A stretch of DNA of 64,000 bases from Takakia lepidozioides (GCA_030704615.1 CM060732.1:17980001-18044000); one strand, 5' to 3'. Positions 13,948 to 28,088 are shown, counted from the first letter of the stretch. Numbers and translations are program-made. The notes: generated by a model from the sequence alone, not told the origin.

Positions 13948-14171
13948 TTAGCCCTCCCCCTCTCAAAAAATCGTGTCCTCGCGGTTTACTGTTTGGGATT
14001 AGCAAACCTTTGTGAGCGAGCACCCTTCTGACGGTGAGAGTCTCGTGAAGGACTTCGTGTGCGAGCCCGAGTCCTGTCAGTGGCGGATGGAGATGATTGA
14101 GCACTACCTGGAACTGTTTGACCCTCCTTTGGCTGATAACGAGGTAACCTCTTAGGCATAGGAGATCCCCG

Positions 14172-17100
14172 TCATTTCTTCTCTGCCATCTGAAGTGCAT
14201 AGTCCTCTGCCATGTCAAAAGAGTCCGCGGAAGAAACAGTAGTATCAGAATCCTCGTCCCCCCTTAGGTGTTTTAACGGCCGAACTTTAAGTGGAATCAT
14301 GTGTGGCATACAATGTGGTCCCACCATGTCTGGAAGTTTAAACTGTACAACTTGCTGTAAGCGTTTGCAAGCAAAATTAGTGAACGTCATGAACTCCTTA
14401 TCTGTATAGATAAGAGGTGTGCCAATGACTTTGGAACAGTGTAAGTATTTCCAGGCTTCATGCCCCTTAAAGAAAATATCCTCAGGGCCAAATTTATGTG
14501 TTGTCAAATTGTTCCAAGCCAAATGAAACCATGTACGAAGTTGGGAATCCTTCTGCATCATAACTTTTGCATCATGTAGGTACATATGAGGTGGCACTGA
14601 AGGTAAGACCCAATGATCCCCACTGGAATAACTCAAAAATCGGGATTGCGTCCTCTGCTACTCAATGTGATAACGTGCCAGAAAACAAGCAGCATAGTAT
14701 AATCCACAGCCCATGACAATACTTGATACCTCCTTGGTCTTGGTATAAATGTACCCATGTACAACTTGGAAGGCAATTAATTCCTTTAGCATGGTACCTG
14801 CTTCAGACCAGTACCTCGCAAAGTGATGATCCTCAATGGGTCGATTGTTCGGAAGAACCTTAGTCCGAGTTGCCACTGGCAACCAAATACGCATGATCTG
14901 GTAGTAATGTGCCAATGACTGCGGAGGACTAAATTCCTTCCAAGCCAAATCCAACACAATGGGAATTTGGTTGAAGGGCATAATCATAGCCCGACTGTAC
15001 TCCCGTGCAGCAGGAGTCTTAGCTGGGTTAAAAACAGCATCCCCCATACCTCAGGCTGTGGTGTCTGTGTCAGTCCAGTTATGCACGGCCACCTGCTGTG
15101 GTATTGGTACCACTGGCCCTTCTACCACTGGCATCTCCTGTACCGGTATCTCCTGCACCCCCTGCGAAGAAGATTGAAAAATTAGAGACCTGGCATGTAA
15201 ATAAGTAGTCATGAGCTGCTCCTCAGGAACAAAGACTCTCTTGTCAATATTTGAACTCAGGTCATCCACTTGAGTTTGCAGACTGTCCACGTCCTCCTGT
15301 AGCTCCGCTATCCTACTATAGACATTGTCTATAGTAGTTGTGGCAATGTTCTACACCTGCAATCTGAGCTCATTCATCTCGCCCTGAAAGATTCCCTTAA
15401 TTTTAATACCCGCCGGTTCTCAATAGTAGTATGATTTTCGATTTGTGGACGGGTATCAATAGGATGGGTATTCCAATCTAATACCAGCCGGTTATCAACC
15501 CGGGTATAAAAAATAATTAAAAAAAAAAACCCCCCACTAAATCATTAATATGTATTGAATTGAGAAGATTCAGTTGATTTCACAAAGAAATTAATTATTT
15601 CTGTTGCAAAATTATACATAATAACAACGTTGCAAATTTTAGTATCCAAATTGAAGCAAGCTTAGTTAAAAGAAGACTGATTGCAACCCTCATTGTCAAA
15701 TAAACCAGCATTTGCAATGAGGTCTTCATATTCATCAATCAAATTGTCTTCCGACAAAAAGAAATCCTTGATCCCGCCCGAAACCACCTTGTAAAAGCTT
15801 TTGTGGTGCTTTGCCTTCTACCGGCCCTTGTGCTAACTAGACCTGCATAAGGTGGTTATCCACCAAGTCGTGTGTGGCACCCCTGAGAGTCTGCTCCTCC
15901 GTGAGTCTGTACACATCTATCTGCTGTTGTAAAGCCTCCATGCGCTTCGCATGAGGTTCAACCAGACTCGCATAGGCAGCAGCCAGATTATTGGCTTCCT
16001 TCCGAGCCTTGTTAGCCACAGAAAGTTCATTTCTATTGACCATGACTGTTTGTTGCAACTCCAGGATGTACCTCTCATGGTCAGCCTCAATCTGTCTATA
16101 TTGTTTGAAAGTATTCTCATTGCGACAGATTGTATTCTTCATATCAACAATGAGTTTTGCTTGCTCTATTATCTCAGCTTCTGCCCTCATACATCTTTCC
16201 CCTTGTCTGTTAACTTCTGATGCAGTTTGCTCAAGAATAGTTGTGAGTGTAGCACATTGTATGGTCATCTTCTCATGTACTGCCTCCAACTCTGTATGTA
16301 GTACATTCACTTCTTGCAACTTGCCCTCATGCTTCACCTGCATTTGGTATAACTATTGCTTATGTGCTCATGCAACTGGTCCTGCTCGAGGCATGCTTCA
16401 ATCAAATGTCCCTTGGCCAACTACAAAGCAGCCTTTGTGTCCTCCAACTCCTGTTGTAACTTGAGATTGACCTCCTCATCTATCTTGTTAGCACACTCCG
16501 TGGCAATTCGAGCCTCAAACTCTTTCTTGAGTTCTTCCCTCAAAGCTGCCAATTGGGTAGATGGAACATGGGATTTCACATAAGTGCCCAACAAATTAAG
16601 TATCCTGCTAATGGAATTCATAAGCATGGCCTGTTGAGGGTCATCATGGTGAACTTGCTGTTGTTCTCCTTGATCCTCCACAGTGTGATGCCTCACCAAC
16701 CATTCAGGCCATTGTCCCACCAGATTCTCTTCCTGAACCACCTCATCCTCCACCGGTGTTGCAGTGTCCTTATTTTCTACCCCTGGTACCTCCGTCACAG
16801 GTGTGGATATTACATGCACAACAGGGTTTTACCTGGACAAGCGCTGCACCTCTGGAACAACTGATTCCCTTACCAAGCCAGAGTTTTCATAGAGAAGGTC
16901 ACCCTTCTCAATTTCGGCCACGACCTGCTCTGTAGTGGGAATGTCCAAGCCTTCTCCGTCCAGAGCAATTGGGGGTTGTGTCACAACATACTCTAACTGT
17001 GGAACCTCTAAAACAACTGAGTCAACTGGTTGTGGTGGCTGTGGTATCGAAGTGACTTCCTCTTCCCTCTCCGAAGGTCGTGCTTCCAATAATAACAGCT

Positions 17101-18235
17101 CTCTATGCTGCTGTGCCCCATCCTGCACAAAAGCTTGGGAAACATTATCTTGCGGTTTCCGTGAAGCCAGTGGATCGACCACTACAGTCATACCCCGCTT
17201 CTGTCTCTTAGACTGGTGTTGCCCTGCCAGTCCACCCTCACTATGTGAAGAGCCCTGCTCTTCAATTGCAGTGATTTTTGCCTCAAACACTCCCATCTCC
17301 TTACGTTCCCGAGTATCAAGTATGCAAGAATCAAGAATGATTTGGGCAATGACTAGACCAGACACAATGATCGGAGACTTAGCAGCAGTGCCCTGTAACC
17401 TCTTCATCTCGTCCACCAGACCATTGTGCATTAACTCCGCCCAAGCTACATCCTCTCCTCTCAAAGCTTTCAGGATCTCCTCTGTGAATGACCTGCTCAA
17501 ATATTGTTGGTTCTGTTTCATGGCAAACAGAACGTTCAATATTTGGCCAACTTCTCTGAGCCCTGGGTACTCGGCTTTGGTACAGGCGTAACCTTGAGTT
17601 TTAAAGAAACTCCCTTCTTGGAACAAATTCCCTATCTGTAATCTTGCCCTGTGCTCATCCACATCCACATGACCTGATGGCAAATCAAACAATTGTTGCA
17701 GGTACTGGGGAGTAATTTCTATATCTACTCCCCTCACCTGAGTAACTCCCGTCCGAGGCTCAAAGTTCTGAAGGAATTGAATCATATACTGCCGATGATG
17801 CAAGGACCAATCCTTGCGTAGCAGCCCCTCCAATCGCAACTCCCTTAGCAGCTGCACTACCTGCGGTGCTGCAATTGTTTGCTTCTGCAGTATCGTGGTG
17901 CTCTTCATCCTGATATCCTCCATTCCCCTCACTCTCTTCATTCTAGACAAACAAAAAGGCTTTGTTTGAAACAGCTGAAGGAAAGCTTGCAGGGCACAGA
18001 GCATGAAGGTATGGTTGGCACAAAATGGAACAGGTAAGTGCGTATAAGCCTGTGGGGCTTGCAAGTATTGAGTGAGAGAAAATGTACTCTCAATTCGTCC
18101 ATCCTGGCGCCACTGTGTGAGAAGTAAAGCGAGTGTATAATCCGTTACATCCGCCATAGCTACAAAGCTAGTGCTTTGATTGCCCCTCCCGTCGAGACAT
18201 TGGCTATTCAGAGCCACCCCGACTCTTCCGCTCAT
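14172..18235 (-). pseudogene. Extra ORF downstream of pol (plant-transposon-protein/Athila-ORF-like N-terminus, acidic linker, coiled coil), broken by stops and an insertion
   Basis: Collinear same-strand ORFs 18235-16829, 16819-16421, 16343-15837, 15290-15051, 15047-14658 and 14636-14172. Motif FLQNF...VRGVDIEITPQYLQQLFDLP. Confidence 0.65.
15384..15842 (-). mobile_element. 459-bp AT-rich insertion with GT...AG ends and CAGG direct repeat (TE fragment or intron)
   Basis: Removing it joins ...HLMQ|GEMNELRLQ in frame. It contains taatacc.gccggtt repeats. Confidence 0.55.
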
Positions 18236-18899
18236 AACACTTCCTATTTCTTGTTCTTATTTCTTGGAGGGAACCACCTGCATGTAATTCGCACTCCTGA
18301 TTGGCTGTGGCCTGCTTAGATAATTTCTTAATTCCACCCCCCTCCGTGGACATTCCCACCTGGAATGTCCAGTAGGATAGCACATGTGACATAGGTCCCT
18401 CTTTTCTGTACTCGGAAAGGGTTCCGTTACCCTTACTCTGAATGCATTAATGGGCCCACAATTAGTATTAGCTGTTGTACCGGGTAGGTACTTTGACGGC
18501 CCTATTTGTCCTCTTGCATGATGAAACCCACTTTTGCAATCGATGCAGTGCGGTATGCTTCGCCTTAGTGGCCACGTGTCTGTTTCTAGACACGCCCCCG
18601 ACTTCCCCGCTCCACGTGGCATATTCTCCAAGTTTGACTTCCAAACTTCTTCTTCACTTTATGGCCACTTTTCTAACGTTAACCCGCGTCCACCTGTCAC
18701 TGACCCTTTGGTCTGTGTAACATGCATGGGCTGTGTTGGGCTGTGACAGGCTGTGTGGCATTGTGGTGGGCTGTGATAGGTTGTGTGACATTGTGATGGG
18801 CTGTGATAGGCTGTGTCACGCTGTGATGGGTTATGATAGCTATGCGAACACCTGTACTTTCCGCCTTGGTCATATACGCTCGGCTTAGCGACAAGTGCT

Positions 18900-21800
18900 C
18901 CATACTCTGTTGGTATCACTGGCGCAGCCCGTGACTGTTTTTGCGTTTCAACATGCAAATCGTGCTGCAATGGTTTGTAATGGATACCACTGTACCCCTT
19001 CAACTTATTGGCATTGACTCTTCCCAGCATTTATTTGTTAATGGTTTGTAACATGGCGGTGTTATTATCATACATCTTCTGTATGACATAAGGTCATTTC
19101 CATGGTGATTTAAGCTTAGAAGCTTTAATTTTCCCCTTCTTCTGCAACCACAGAACCAAATCTCCCGTCTTAAAAGTCTTTAATTTACCTTCATCAAACT
19201 GATCCTTCCTCTTCATCTGAATTCTGGTCATGCTGCATCAGCACGTACTTCTTCCACATGGTATAATTCATGTTTCCTGACATTAATTGAATCTTCCAAT
19301 TCCATTCTCCTCCCCCATTCAGTTCTCATGGTAGGTAACAAGAATTCCACTGGAAGTAAAGCTTCCATATCATAAACTAATTGGAATGGTGTATACTTAG
19401 TGGTGACTTTATATGAAGTCCTGTATGACCACAAAGCTGTCAGCAGCTTTGTATCCCAATCTGTTCTATTTGCATTTACTATCTTAGCCAAGATAGTACA
19501 TAGTATTTTGTTGGTAGCCTCTGCCTGCCCATTACCTTGTGGGTAATAAGTTGTACTCTTCCTATGCACAATCATGAACTCTTTAGACAATAGTTCAATG
19601 GTCTCATTAATGAAGTGACTTCCCTGGTCACTGATAAATTCCAGGGGACAGTCAAATCGTGTAAGTATGTTCTCATATAGGAACCTTGCTGTGGACTTAG
19701 CTGTGTTGTCCCACAGAGCTTTAGCTTCCACCCACTTTGTAGTATAATCAGTGGCTGTGATTATATATTTGTTCTGTGTATTCTTGGCTGGTGGGTTAAT
19801 TGGTCCAACAAAGTCTAGTCCCCATTTCTGAAATGGTTCAGTAGGCATCGTAGGATACAAAGCCATCTTCCCAAATCTCTGCAATGGTCCTAGTCTCTGA
19901 CACTCATCACAACTCTGACAATACTTGTGTACATCTTTGAACAAAGTATGCCACCAGTAACGTGCAAGTAGTATCTTTCTACTGGTAGTCTCTTCTCCAA
20001 AATGACCTCCAGCCACTCCTTTATGAACTTCCTCCAAAACTTTATTTACTTCATGGTGGTACAAGCATCGTTTAAGTACTCCATCAGGTCCTAGCTTATA
20101 CATTCTACCCCCTACCATAATATAAGGTAAAGCCTTGATAGCGATTCTCTTCCTCTGCTCATTTCCATAACTAGGTGGACACTGACCATGAGTAAGGTAG
20201 TATCTGATTGGCCACTGCCAATCTAACCAGTCATCTGCACTTCCCTGCACCTCCACTGCAAATAAACTCGCAACAGGTAATTGGTCGTCTACTCCTGTGG
20301 CGGGCTCTCCTGTTGATAGGCGTGACAAGTGATCTGCCACAAGATGCAAACGGCCAGGCTTGTAAACAACTTCGAACTCAAACTCGTGCAAGATTATTAA
20401 CCACCTTGCTATCCTTCCACTTATCAAAGGTTTGTTCACCAGATATATCAGAGCCTGGTGATCCACGTAAAACATAAACTTTCTTCCCAATAGGTAATGC
20501 CTGAATTTCTTGACTGCATAAATCATTGCCAGTGCCCTCTTTCAATTGTGCTATAGTTCCTTTCAGCACTGTTCATGAACCTGCTAGCATAGTACACAGG
20601 TGAATCTCATGTAACATTTTGGGCTAACACTGCTCCCAACGTTTCTCCTGAGGCATCACAGTGAGCATGAAATACTACATGCCAGTGAGGGTTAATCAAC
20701 ACAGGTGTAGTTGTTACTGACAATGTAAGTTCCTCAAAAGCCTGTTGACATTCAGCTGTCCATGCAAACACTGCATCTTTCTTCAGAAGCTTGCTCAATG
20801 GTGCTGCTATCTGTGCATACCGTCTGACAAATCTTCTGTAATAACTAGTTTGTCCAAGGAATCTCCTTAGACTTTTAACATTTACTGGTGGTGGAGAGGC
20901 TTTAATGGCCTCTGTCTTTTTGGGATTCACAAGTAGTCCCTCATACACACAATGTGTCCCAAGAGCACCCCTGAGTTCACACAGAAAGTACACTTCTCTG
21001 GATTCAGGCACAGACCTCTCATCCTGCATCTGGCCAAACATAACTCCAATTTATGCAAGTGCTCATTCTTAGAGCTGTACACACTAAAATCATCCAAGAA
21101 CACCTGCATGAAATCATCCAGATACTCATGAAAAGATTCACTTATCACTCTCTGAAAGGTTGCTGGTGCATTACAAAGTCCAAAAGGCATGACTTTGTAT
21201 GCATAAGCACCCCAGTTTGTGATAAAAGCTGTTTTTCCTTGGTCTTCTTCTGCCACTTGCACTTGATTATAACCACTGAAGCCATCCATGAATGAGTACA
21301 TCTCATGGCCTGCCACAGTGTCCAATACCGCTACTGTGAATGGCAAAGGGAAATGATCTTTCTTCGTGCAAGCATTCAACTTCTTATAGTTCACACAAAC
21401 TCTCAGTTTACCATTCTTCTTGGGAACTATCACAATGGGTGACAACCAAGTTGTATACTCTATCGGGTATATAAACTTAGCCTCAACCAACATCTTGATC
21501 TCTTCTCCAACCTTCTGTGCATAGTTGGGATTCATTCTGTACCTTGCCTGTTTGATTGGTACTGACCCTGGTTCCAGTTCAATCTTATGCTAACAGATCT
21601 TAGGTGGTATCCCTTTTAGATCCTCATAGCTCCAAGCAAATACATCTTTGTATTTGATGAACAAACTCTTAGCTTCCTCAAAGAATTGTGGCTCCAAATC
21701 AGCCCCTACCTTCACCATCCTCGGTTCATCTTCAGTTCCCACATTCACTTCTCTCACCTGCTCATCAGCTGTGATTGTCCAACCAGTCACCACTTCATCC

Positions 21801-22615
21801 TGTAAACTCACAGTGGCTGGTTCCTCTAGGATTTCCATTTCTCCCTCTCTTTCTTCATAGAAATGTGGTGGGTAACTGCTTGTTTCACCCTCAATTGGTG
21901 TTGCTGTCACTACACCACAGCAGATACCTTTTAAACAACTTAGGCCTTCCAGCTGCATCTCTGCAACCTGCTCCCACTCTGGGTGTGCAGCGAACAGGGT
22001 AGCTTCCTGCTCCTCATCAAGTCTTCCCCTCCAGTCATACTCCCTGACCCCTCGAGGTCTTCTCGTAGCAGGTAATCTACTAGATTTCTTAGTGGTGATT
22101 TGTATCTTGTGCATCCCATCATGCACAGTTAGTAACTGGGAATTCCAGTCATGGAATACCCTGGCCTGTTTCAGCCACGGTCGTCCCAACAATAAGGAGT
22201 AAACTTCCATGACTTCATCCATTTTCAACACAGTTACTGTGATCATAAAGATCATCTTTTGAATCTATATCTTAACTCCTCTTATCAATCCCAATGGCTG
22301 TACACTTCTTTGATCTGCCATTGTTACTGTAAATGGGGCTGGTTTCATGTTACTTAGACCAAGCTTCTGCCTTAATTGGTCTGTCATGATATTCACTCCA
22401 GAGCCTCCATCAATCAGTACATCAGTTAGTTCTGTGCTTCCAATTCTCAATTGGATTATTGGCATAGAATCATCAAAGTCCATGACTGTTTCTCGCCCTT
22501 CCGGCTTCACATTATAACTAGTCACTTTGCTGTTCAGGTCTGTGTTCCCTGTCACATGGGCAATTCGATTGATTGCTTGATACAGCCTGTGTCTACAATA
22601 AGGTGCCACAGCCAA
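18900..22615 (-). pseudogene. pol (protease, RT, RNase H, integrase) of the Gypsy element
   Basis: VLIDGGSG; KDHFPLP...MDGFSGYNQV...FLDDF; HCDASG; integrase zinc-finger H..GH..C..C, WGLDF, SDQG, QAE. Stops and frameshifts present. Confidence 0.95.
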
Positions 22616-22618
22616 TAG

Positions 22619-25556
22619 CTATCCAATGGTAATCTCCGCTTTGGACTGGCATATTACTTCAGCCAAAGTCCCTTCATTACTCTGCATGTCTGCAGCTTCT
22701 TTCTTCCCTTCATCCTCACTCACTTCCTCTTCTCTTTCAGAATCAGAGGAATCTGCCATAGGAATATCAGTACTCTTCTGCATTTCCCTTATGGTATCTG
22801 CCACTTCCTTGTGCAGTTCCTTCTCATCTCTCCAAGCCTCATCATTTTCAGGCACATCACTGCCATCTTCATTATCATCATCTTCCTCATCTACTGGAGG
22901 TATTAATTTAGCTTTGCTTCTGGTTACTATCATCGTACTCACTTCTGGTGCAACACATGGCCTAACCATGTGAGCTGCCACCACTGGGCCCTCATTCACA
23001 TGAGCTCTCATCTCATTCTGGTGTCTAATCCAGAATGAACAGGCTGCCTTGCGATGTCCTGCCTGATTACAATAATAACACAATTCTTCACCATTGGGTC
23101 CTCGCCCTTGGTCTGTTCTAGGATTATTTCTGTAATCCTAATTTCCTGGCTGGTAATTCCCCCTTGGATTACCCTGATAGTTGCCCTTGGAATTTCCTTG
23201 GTAATTCCCTCTTGGATTACCTCTCCCTTCCATACCATTGTTATAACCACCAGGCCTACCATAGTGGTCCTGATCACTGTTTCTTCTTGGCTGGGGCTAC
23301 ACTTGATGCACCCTTACTTGCCTAGGTTCTCTCATAGCTGTCCTTCTGTTGTAGTAACAATTCTCAATAGAATGGTTATCCATTTTACAGATAGTACAAT
23401 GTTTCTCCTTCATGTGGCATTCAGTGGTGGTATGGCCTTCATTCTGGCACTTTGCACACCAAACACCCTTCCTCCAATCTGTTGCAGCCTCTGTGGCATA
23501 CTTCTTCAAGATTTCTTCTAATCTTTTCTCATAGTTATCCCTCTTCAACTTTTCCTTCCTCTTACTCTTCCTTTTCAACTCTTGCTCTTCTTCCTCATCT
23601 GACTCATCCTCAGAGTCCTCATCATCCCTTTTCTCTCTCCTGAGCATTCCCAATTGCTCAATTTTGTTTGCTGTTTCAAATGCCTCCTCCATTGTATTAT
23701 GGGGTAACATATCCACTTTCTTTTGCAACTCCGGTCTTAGTCCACTCACAAACCAAGTCTTCTGTAAACCTGGTGCTGGTACAGCAGCCAGCTTTTTCAT
23801 CATCAATTCCATCTTTTCCATATACTCCTCAACAGTTTCATGCTTCTTTTGCTTTAACTGTTGTAAACTTCCATATACTTCATCCTCAGTTTTACTTGTC
23901 CTGAACCTATTTCGGAATGCTGTATTCAAGCCATTCCAGGTTAGGAAATGATTATCAGGGAATCTTGCACACCATTCACTTGCTTTCTTTATAAGTGAAC
24001 AAGGAAACAGTCTCATCATGGCATCATCGCCATTCTCATTGTTCACAATACACATGTGCTCAAACTGGCTAATGTGTACATCAGGATCCCCTTTCCCTGA
24101 ATATATTGGAAAATGTGGTTTTGCCCGTGTTGGTTGTAACGCCATCTGTGGCCCTACCTTCTGTCCACTGACAGATGCTGGCCCCCTTGCTGGTGCTGGT
24201 CCTTGAGGACCTGTTGTAGTTGTGGTGGAACTTCCACCAAGTGCTGGCCCCTGAGCACTCCCTGCTACTGGCCCCACTATATTCACAGTATTCCCAACTC
24301 CAGTTGCACTACTTCCCACACTCCCTGTCCCCCTAGAGCAAGATCTAGGCTGCCCGCCTGATCCCCCTGAGCCGACACCTTCGTTGGCCTGTGATCCAAG
24401 TGCTCCACTTGATCCAGGTCCAACGGGTTGGGATGTCCTGGTTGTAGTCTCAACCTCAGCTATTGGGTCTACTTCTTCATACTCTTCCTCTTCCAATTTC
24501 TTCTCTCTGTTTTCATCCTCCAAGTTCTGCCCTTGGGTTTCTTCTTCACTCATGTAACTCAACTGCAATGGTGTTGGAGAGTCTGAACTCTCCGTTGGCT
24601 CTGCCACATCCTCTCCTCCTTGTTCGTCTTCCGTCTCAGAAACTGGAGTTCCTGCTTTTGGTGTTCCATGCCAACTCTTATCAAAGATTTCTGTCAAATC
24701 TTTTATCCAGGGATGTACCTCAGATCTTTCACCTCGTGGTTGATCTCCTTCCTGTACCAATTCCCTTAATCTTTCTTGCAAAAGAAAAAGAAGGAGTGAC
24801 ATCCAACTCTAGTTCTTCCGGTATGGGTGATGTGCTCTCTGATCTTAGTGGTGTGAGAGTCCAGATGATTCCCCTATGTCTATTCCTCTCTTCCAAAGAT
24901 ATGGATAATTAGCTTTCAGATAACTTTCTCTTTTTGCTGAATATCTCTGGAGTCTAGCTTCTCTTTCATCACTCATGTCCCATGTCTTTCATTTCTTTAA
25001 TGTGACAATAACCAAAACTCTCTTCTGTAGTATCTCTCGTATATGCCTGGGTTTCTTTCAAGCTTCAATGCACCCTTGGCTATACTAGAAGTCTCCGTTA
25101 CCATATAACCATATGGCAAACAAGTCTGGAAAGCTATTCTTGGTGTGAGTTTGATCCACAGAATATCCTTTGGAATCCAATTCTTTACCAGTACAAGCTC
25201 CTCATGCATATGAGTATAAACATTCACCTTCCTTTCCTCCCAGCCTTCAAACTCTACTCGCTTAATGGATAGCAATGCTATCACATAAACCAGTGTTGGT
25301 AACCAACGTGCTCTTCCTCTACAGGCACCTGATAAATCTTTATCACTCCTTTCTCCAGACCCCACTCAGGGTCAGCATCATGCACTCTCTTAAGAATGTT
25401 TTCTTTACAACCGTCTGGCAATTCCAAGAACCTCTGAAAAAATTGTTTGGACAATCTTTCCTTCTCAGTTTCACAGGGAATTTGATTCACATCAAATTCT
25501 TTAATTCTCCAACCACCATGATCCCACCAGATGCCTGTCACATCTGGTTGTTCATG
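22619..25556 (-). pseudogene. gag with long N-terminal extension and zinc knuckles
   Basis: FPIYSGKGDPDVHISQF...LFPCSL..KASEW, QKKHETVEEY and CCHC knuckles CAKCQNEGHTTTEC, CTICKMDNHSIENC, CYYCNQAGHRKAAC. Confidence 0.85.
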
Positions 25557-25563
25557 ACCCAGT

Positions 25564-25581
25564 TCCCGAGTATGGTCGCCA
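25564..25581 (-). promoter_or_regulatory. Primer-binding site TGGCGACCATACTCGGGA (probably tRNA-Arg-like)
   Basis: Starts with TGG, 2 nt after the 5' LTR end. The tRNA identity is an inference. Confidence 0.7.
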
Positions 25582-25583
25582 AA

Positions 25584-26598
25584 TGTCGGACGGCTTTACT
25601 CACCCATCCCTTCGCTATCCGAGGTGGAAACTCCAAGATAGAAGAGTTGGATATCTCTAAGCACTCAGCCCGCTCAGAACAATCAGTCATGACCTGCAAC
25701 TAGTGAATCATGGTTGTGCTTCTTATTTGTATTCCTTCTTGCCTTCATGTTATCAATTTACCCTTCCGTGTATACTGAAGCATCAGATTGCTTCAGTATC
25801 TACTAAGTTCCAATTAATCATGCATTCATTCCACAACTTCACTCATGTCTCTCTACACAGTGTGATTGTATCGAATAAGTATCAGATTATGATTTATCAG
25901 GTATCAGGCCAATGCCATGGTGACTCTAATCTGCCCTACAGTATCACTACAGCTTTGCATGTACAAGCATCTACTGTTCATCTCTCCTCCTTCTCCGTGC
26001 TCTCGTTCTTGCTCTCCGCCTGATCTCCTCTCATGCATGACCAAGAACCCCTCCCCGTGAAGTGCTCCCTTCCTGTTGCCGCTCTCCTTAATCTACCCCC
26101 AAGCTGTTATAACCACCTAACTAACTAACCGTCACCCCTGAAGTAACACGTTCCCCCTGCAGATGTCGTTCCCACACAGTCGTTCCCTGTTAATGATAAT
26201 TGTTCCCCATGTACTGTGACAGGCTGTGCCGAGCTGTGCCGAGCTGTGACTGGCTGTGTAAAGCTGTGTCGGGCTGTGACTGGCTGTGTTGGGCTGTGTC
26301 GGGCTGTGTACAGCTGTGCAAAGCTGTGGTGGCTGTGACTGGCTGTGACGGACTGTGTGAAGCTGTGCAAAACTGTGGCGGGCTGTGACTGGCTGTGACG
26401 GGCTGTGTGAAGCTGTGTGGAGCTGTGTCGGGCTGTGTACAGCTGTGCGAAGCTGTGTCGGGCTGTGTCGGGCTGTGTAACCCCCCTAAAGCCTGCTGCT
26501 GCCACCCCTAAGGCTCCTGTTGGTCTCAGTCTACGCAAAAATTAAGGGTACCCCACAGAACCCGTAAAAGCGTCTAAGTCCCAAGCAGCCCTCTAACA
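25584..26598 (-). repeat. 5' LTR
   Basis: Near-identical to 12942-13947; TG...CA ends. Confidence 0.95.
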
Positions 26599-27339
26599 GG
26601 GGCGGGCACACGACTTAGTCTGCACTGGAGATACCCTTAGTACAGAGAAATTGACCCTGTCCGGCCGATTGGAATCTCCATCCGACCCTGGAGGAGTGTT
26701 CAATTTCCTTTTGCATGATCCAAATCTTTCAAATGGGGGAGCCTGGATTGCAAAGGGGAGCCTTCAGTGCACCTGTTCAGAGCTCTGGCCATCTTCGATG
26801 GGTCTCCGGACCTACTCGCAGCCCTTAGCATCAACAAAGTTGTATCAGGGCCCTTGCCTTCGCCCCGTCCCATCAGAAAATTGCGGTACCTGGTTTGTTG
26901 TGTAAGTGCCCGCACCATGGCATCAGTAGTGGCCACATACAAGTCACGTCCTTCTTTGGTAGACTGCTGCATCCAGGCGTTGTGAACAGTCTCCGCCAAA
27001 TTACAGGATGGCATGTCGGCCAAGTTCTCCAAGGACATGTCCTGTAGGAGGCATTGCATGGAAATGTGAGGAACGAAAGGAAATGGAAGAGGTTCTACAA
27101 GTGACAATCCAACAACCCCAAATGAACAGGCATGATGCAAAGTGAAATTTGTGTTTCTGGGATTGAAGAGGCTTACCATCGTTATGAAAGCTCCCCACTG
27201 TCTGTACCTGAAGTGCCAGAAAACCAACCAGTCCTCCAACTCCTTCAGGTGGATACCAGTAGCAGCACCAGAGGAGAACCACCAAGCCCGGATTGCTTGG
27301 TAAGTGCTCTCAGCTTCTCCCATTGAGGTGGCATTTTTG
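26599..27339 (-). pseudogene. Old MULE transposase fragment (catalytic E region) with intron 27042-27176
   Basis: WLVFWHFRYRQWG..FITM|GTAAGC...TACAG|DMSLENLADMPSCNLAETVH. The intron is at the same position as in the 28089-31681 gene. Truncated by the TIR at 27340. Confidence 0.8.
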
Positions 27340-28088
27340 GAGGTTAGCTATTTCATGAGCATGAGCGGCATGAGCGGAGTAGTAAGACAATCGGTTTTCA
27401 TGAGCAGAAGTACAAATTTCGAAAATAAAAAACAATAAAAAACAATAATTTAATGCAATGTGTCAGGAAAAATAAATATATTATTCGGCCCCTTGAAGGG
27501 AAAATTGTAGTTTTGACAGTTGTGCTCATGATATTTCGTCTTCCGCTCATGCCAATTCCCAGCGACATGTGCAAATATGGCGCCGAATTTCGCGGTAATA
27601 GGGTCCGTAACCTGAAAAAACGGCGACGTATTTCGCGGTAATAGGTCTCTCTGGCGAAAAATGGTGCCAAATTCTGCGGCTATAGGTCCCCTCATGACAG
27701 TTAATTCGGCGCCATTTTTCCAGTGCATGTTCGGACTTAGCCAGTTTTCGGCGCAAAATAGGGAAATTCGGCGCCATTTTTCCAGACACGGTACCGGTGC
27801 ATGTTGGGACTTAGCCAGTTTTCGGCCCAAAAAAGAGAAATTCGGCGCCATTTTTCCAGACACGGTACCAGTGTATGATGGGACTTAGCCAGTTTTCGGC
27901 CCCAAAAAGAGAAATTCGGCGCCATTTTTCCAGAAATGGCCCCACAACTGCTTCTGTTGGATCTCAGTTTGAATGGAATATTGCCTCATTCCAGGAGTTT
28001 TGGGGTGCATTTCATTACACTGCAAAAAAAAGTCTGATACAACAAAATGCAATTGAAAATATCCATATGGAGGATTCCCTTTGCCCCA

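Larger units (their letters stand above)
12942..26598 (-). mobile_element. Full-length non-chromoviral Ty3/Gypsy LTR retrotransposon (13.6 kb) with extra 3' ORF; degenerate
   Basis: Paired LTRs of about 1 kb with TG...CA ends, 5-bp TSD GGGGT/GGGGC, PBS, PPT and gag-PR-RT-RH-INT order. Several in-frame stops. Confidence 0.95.
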
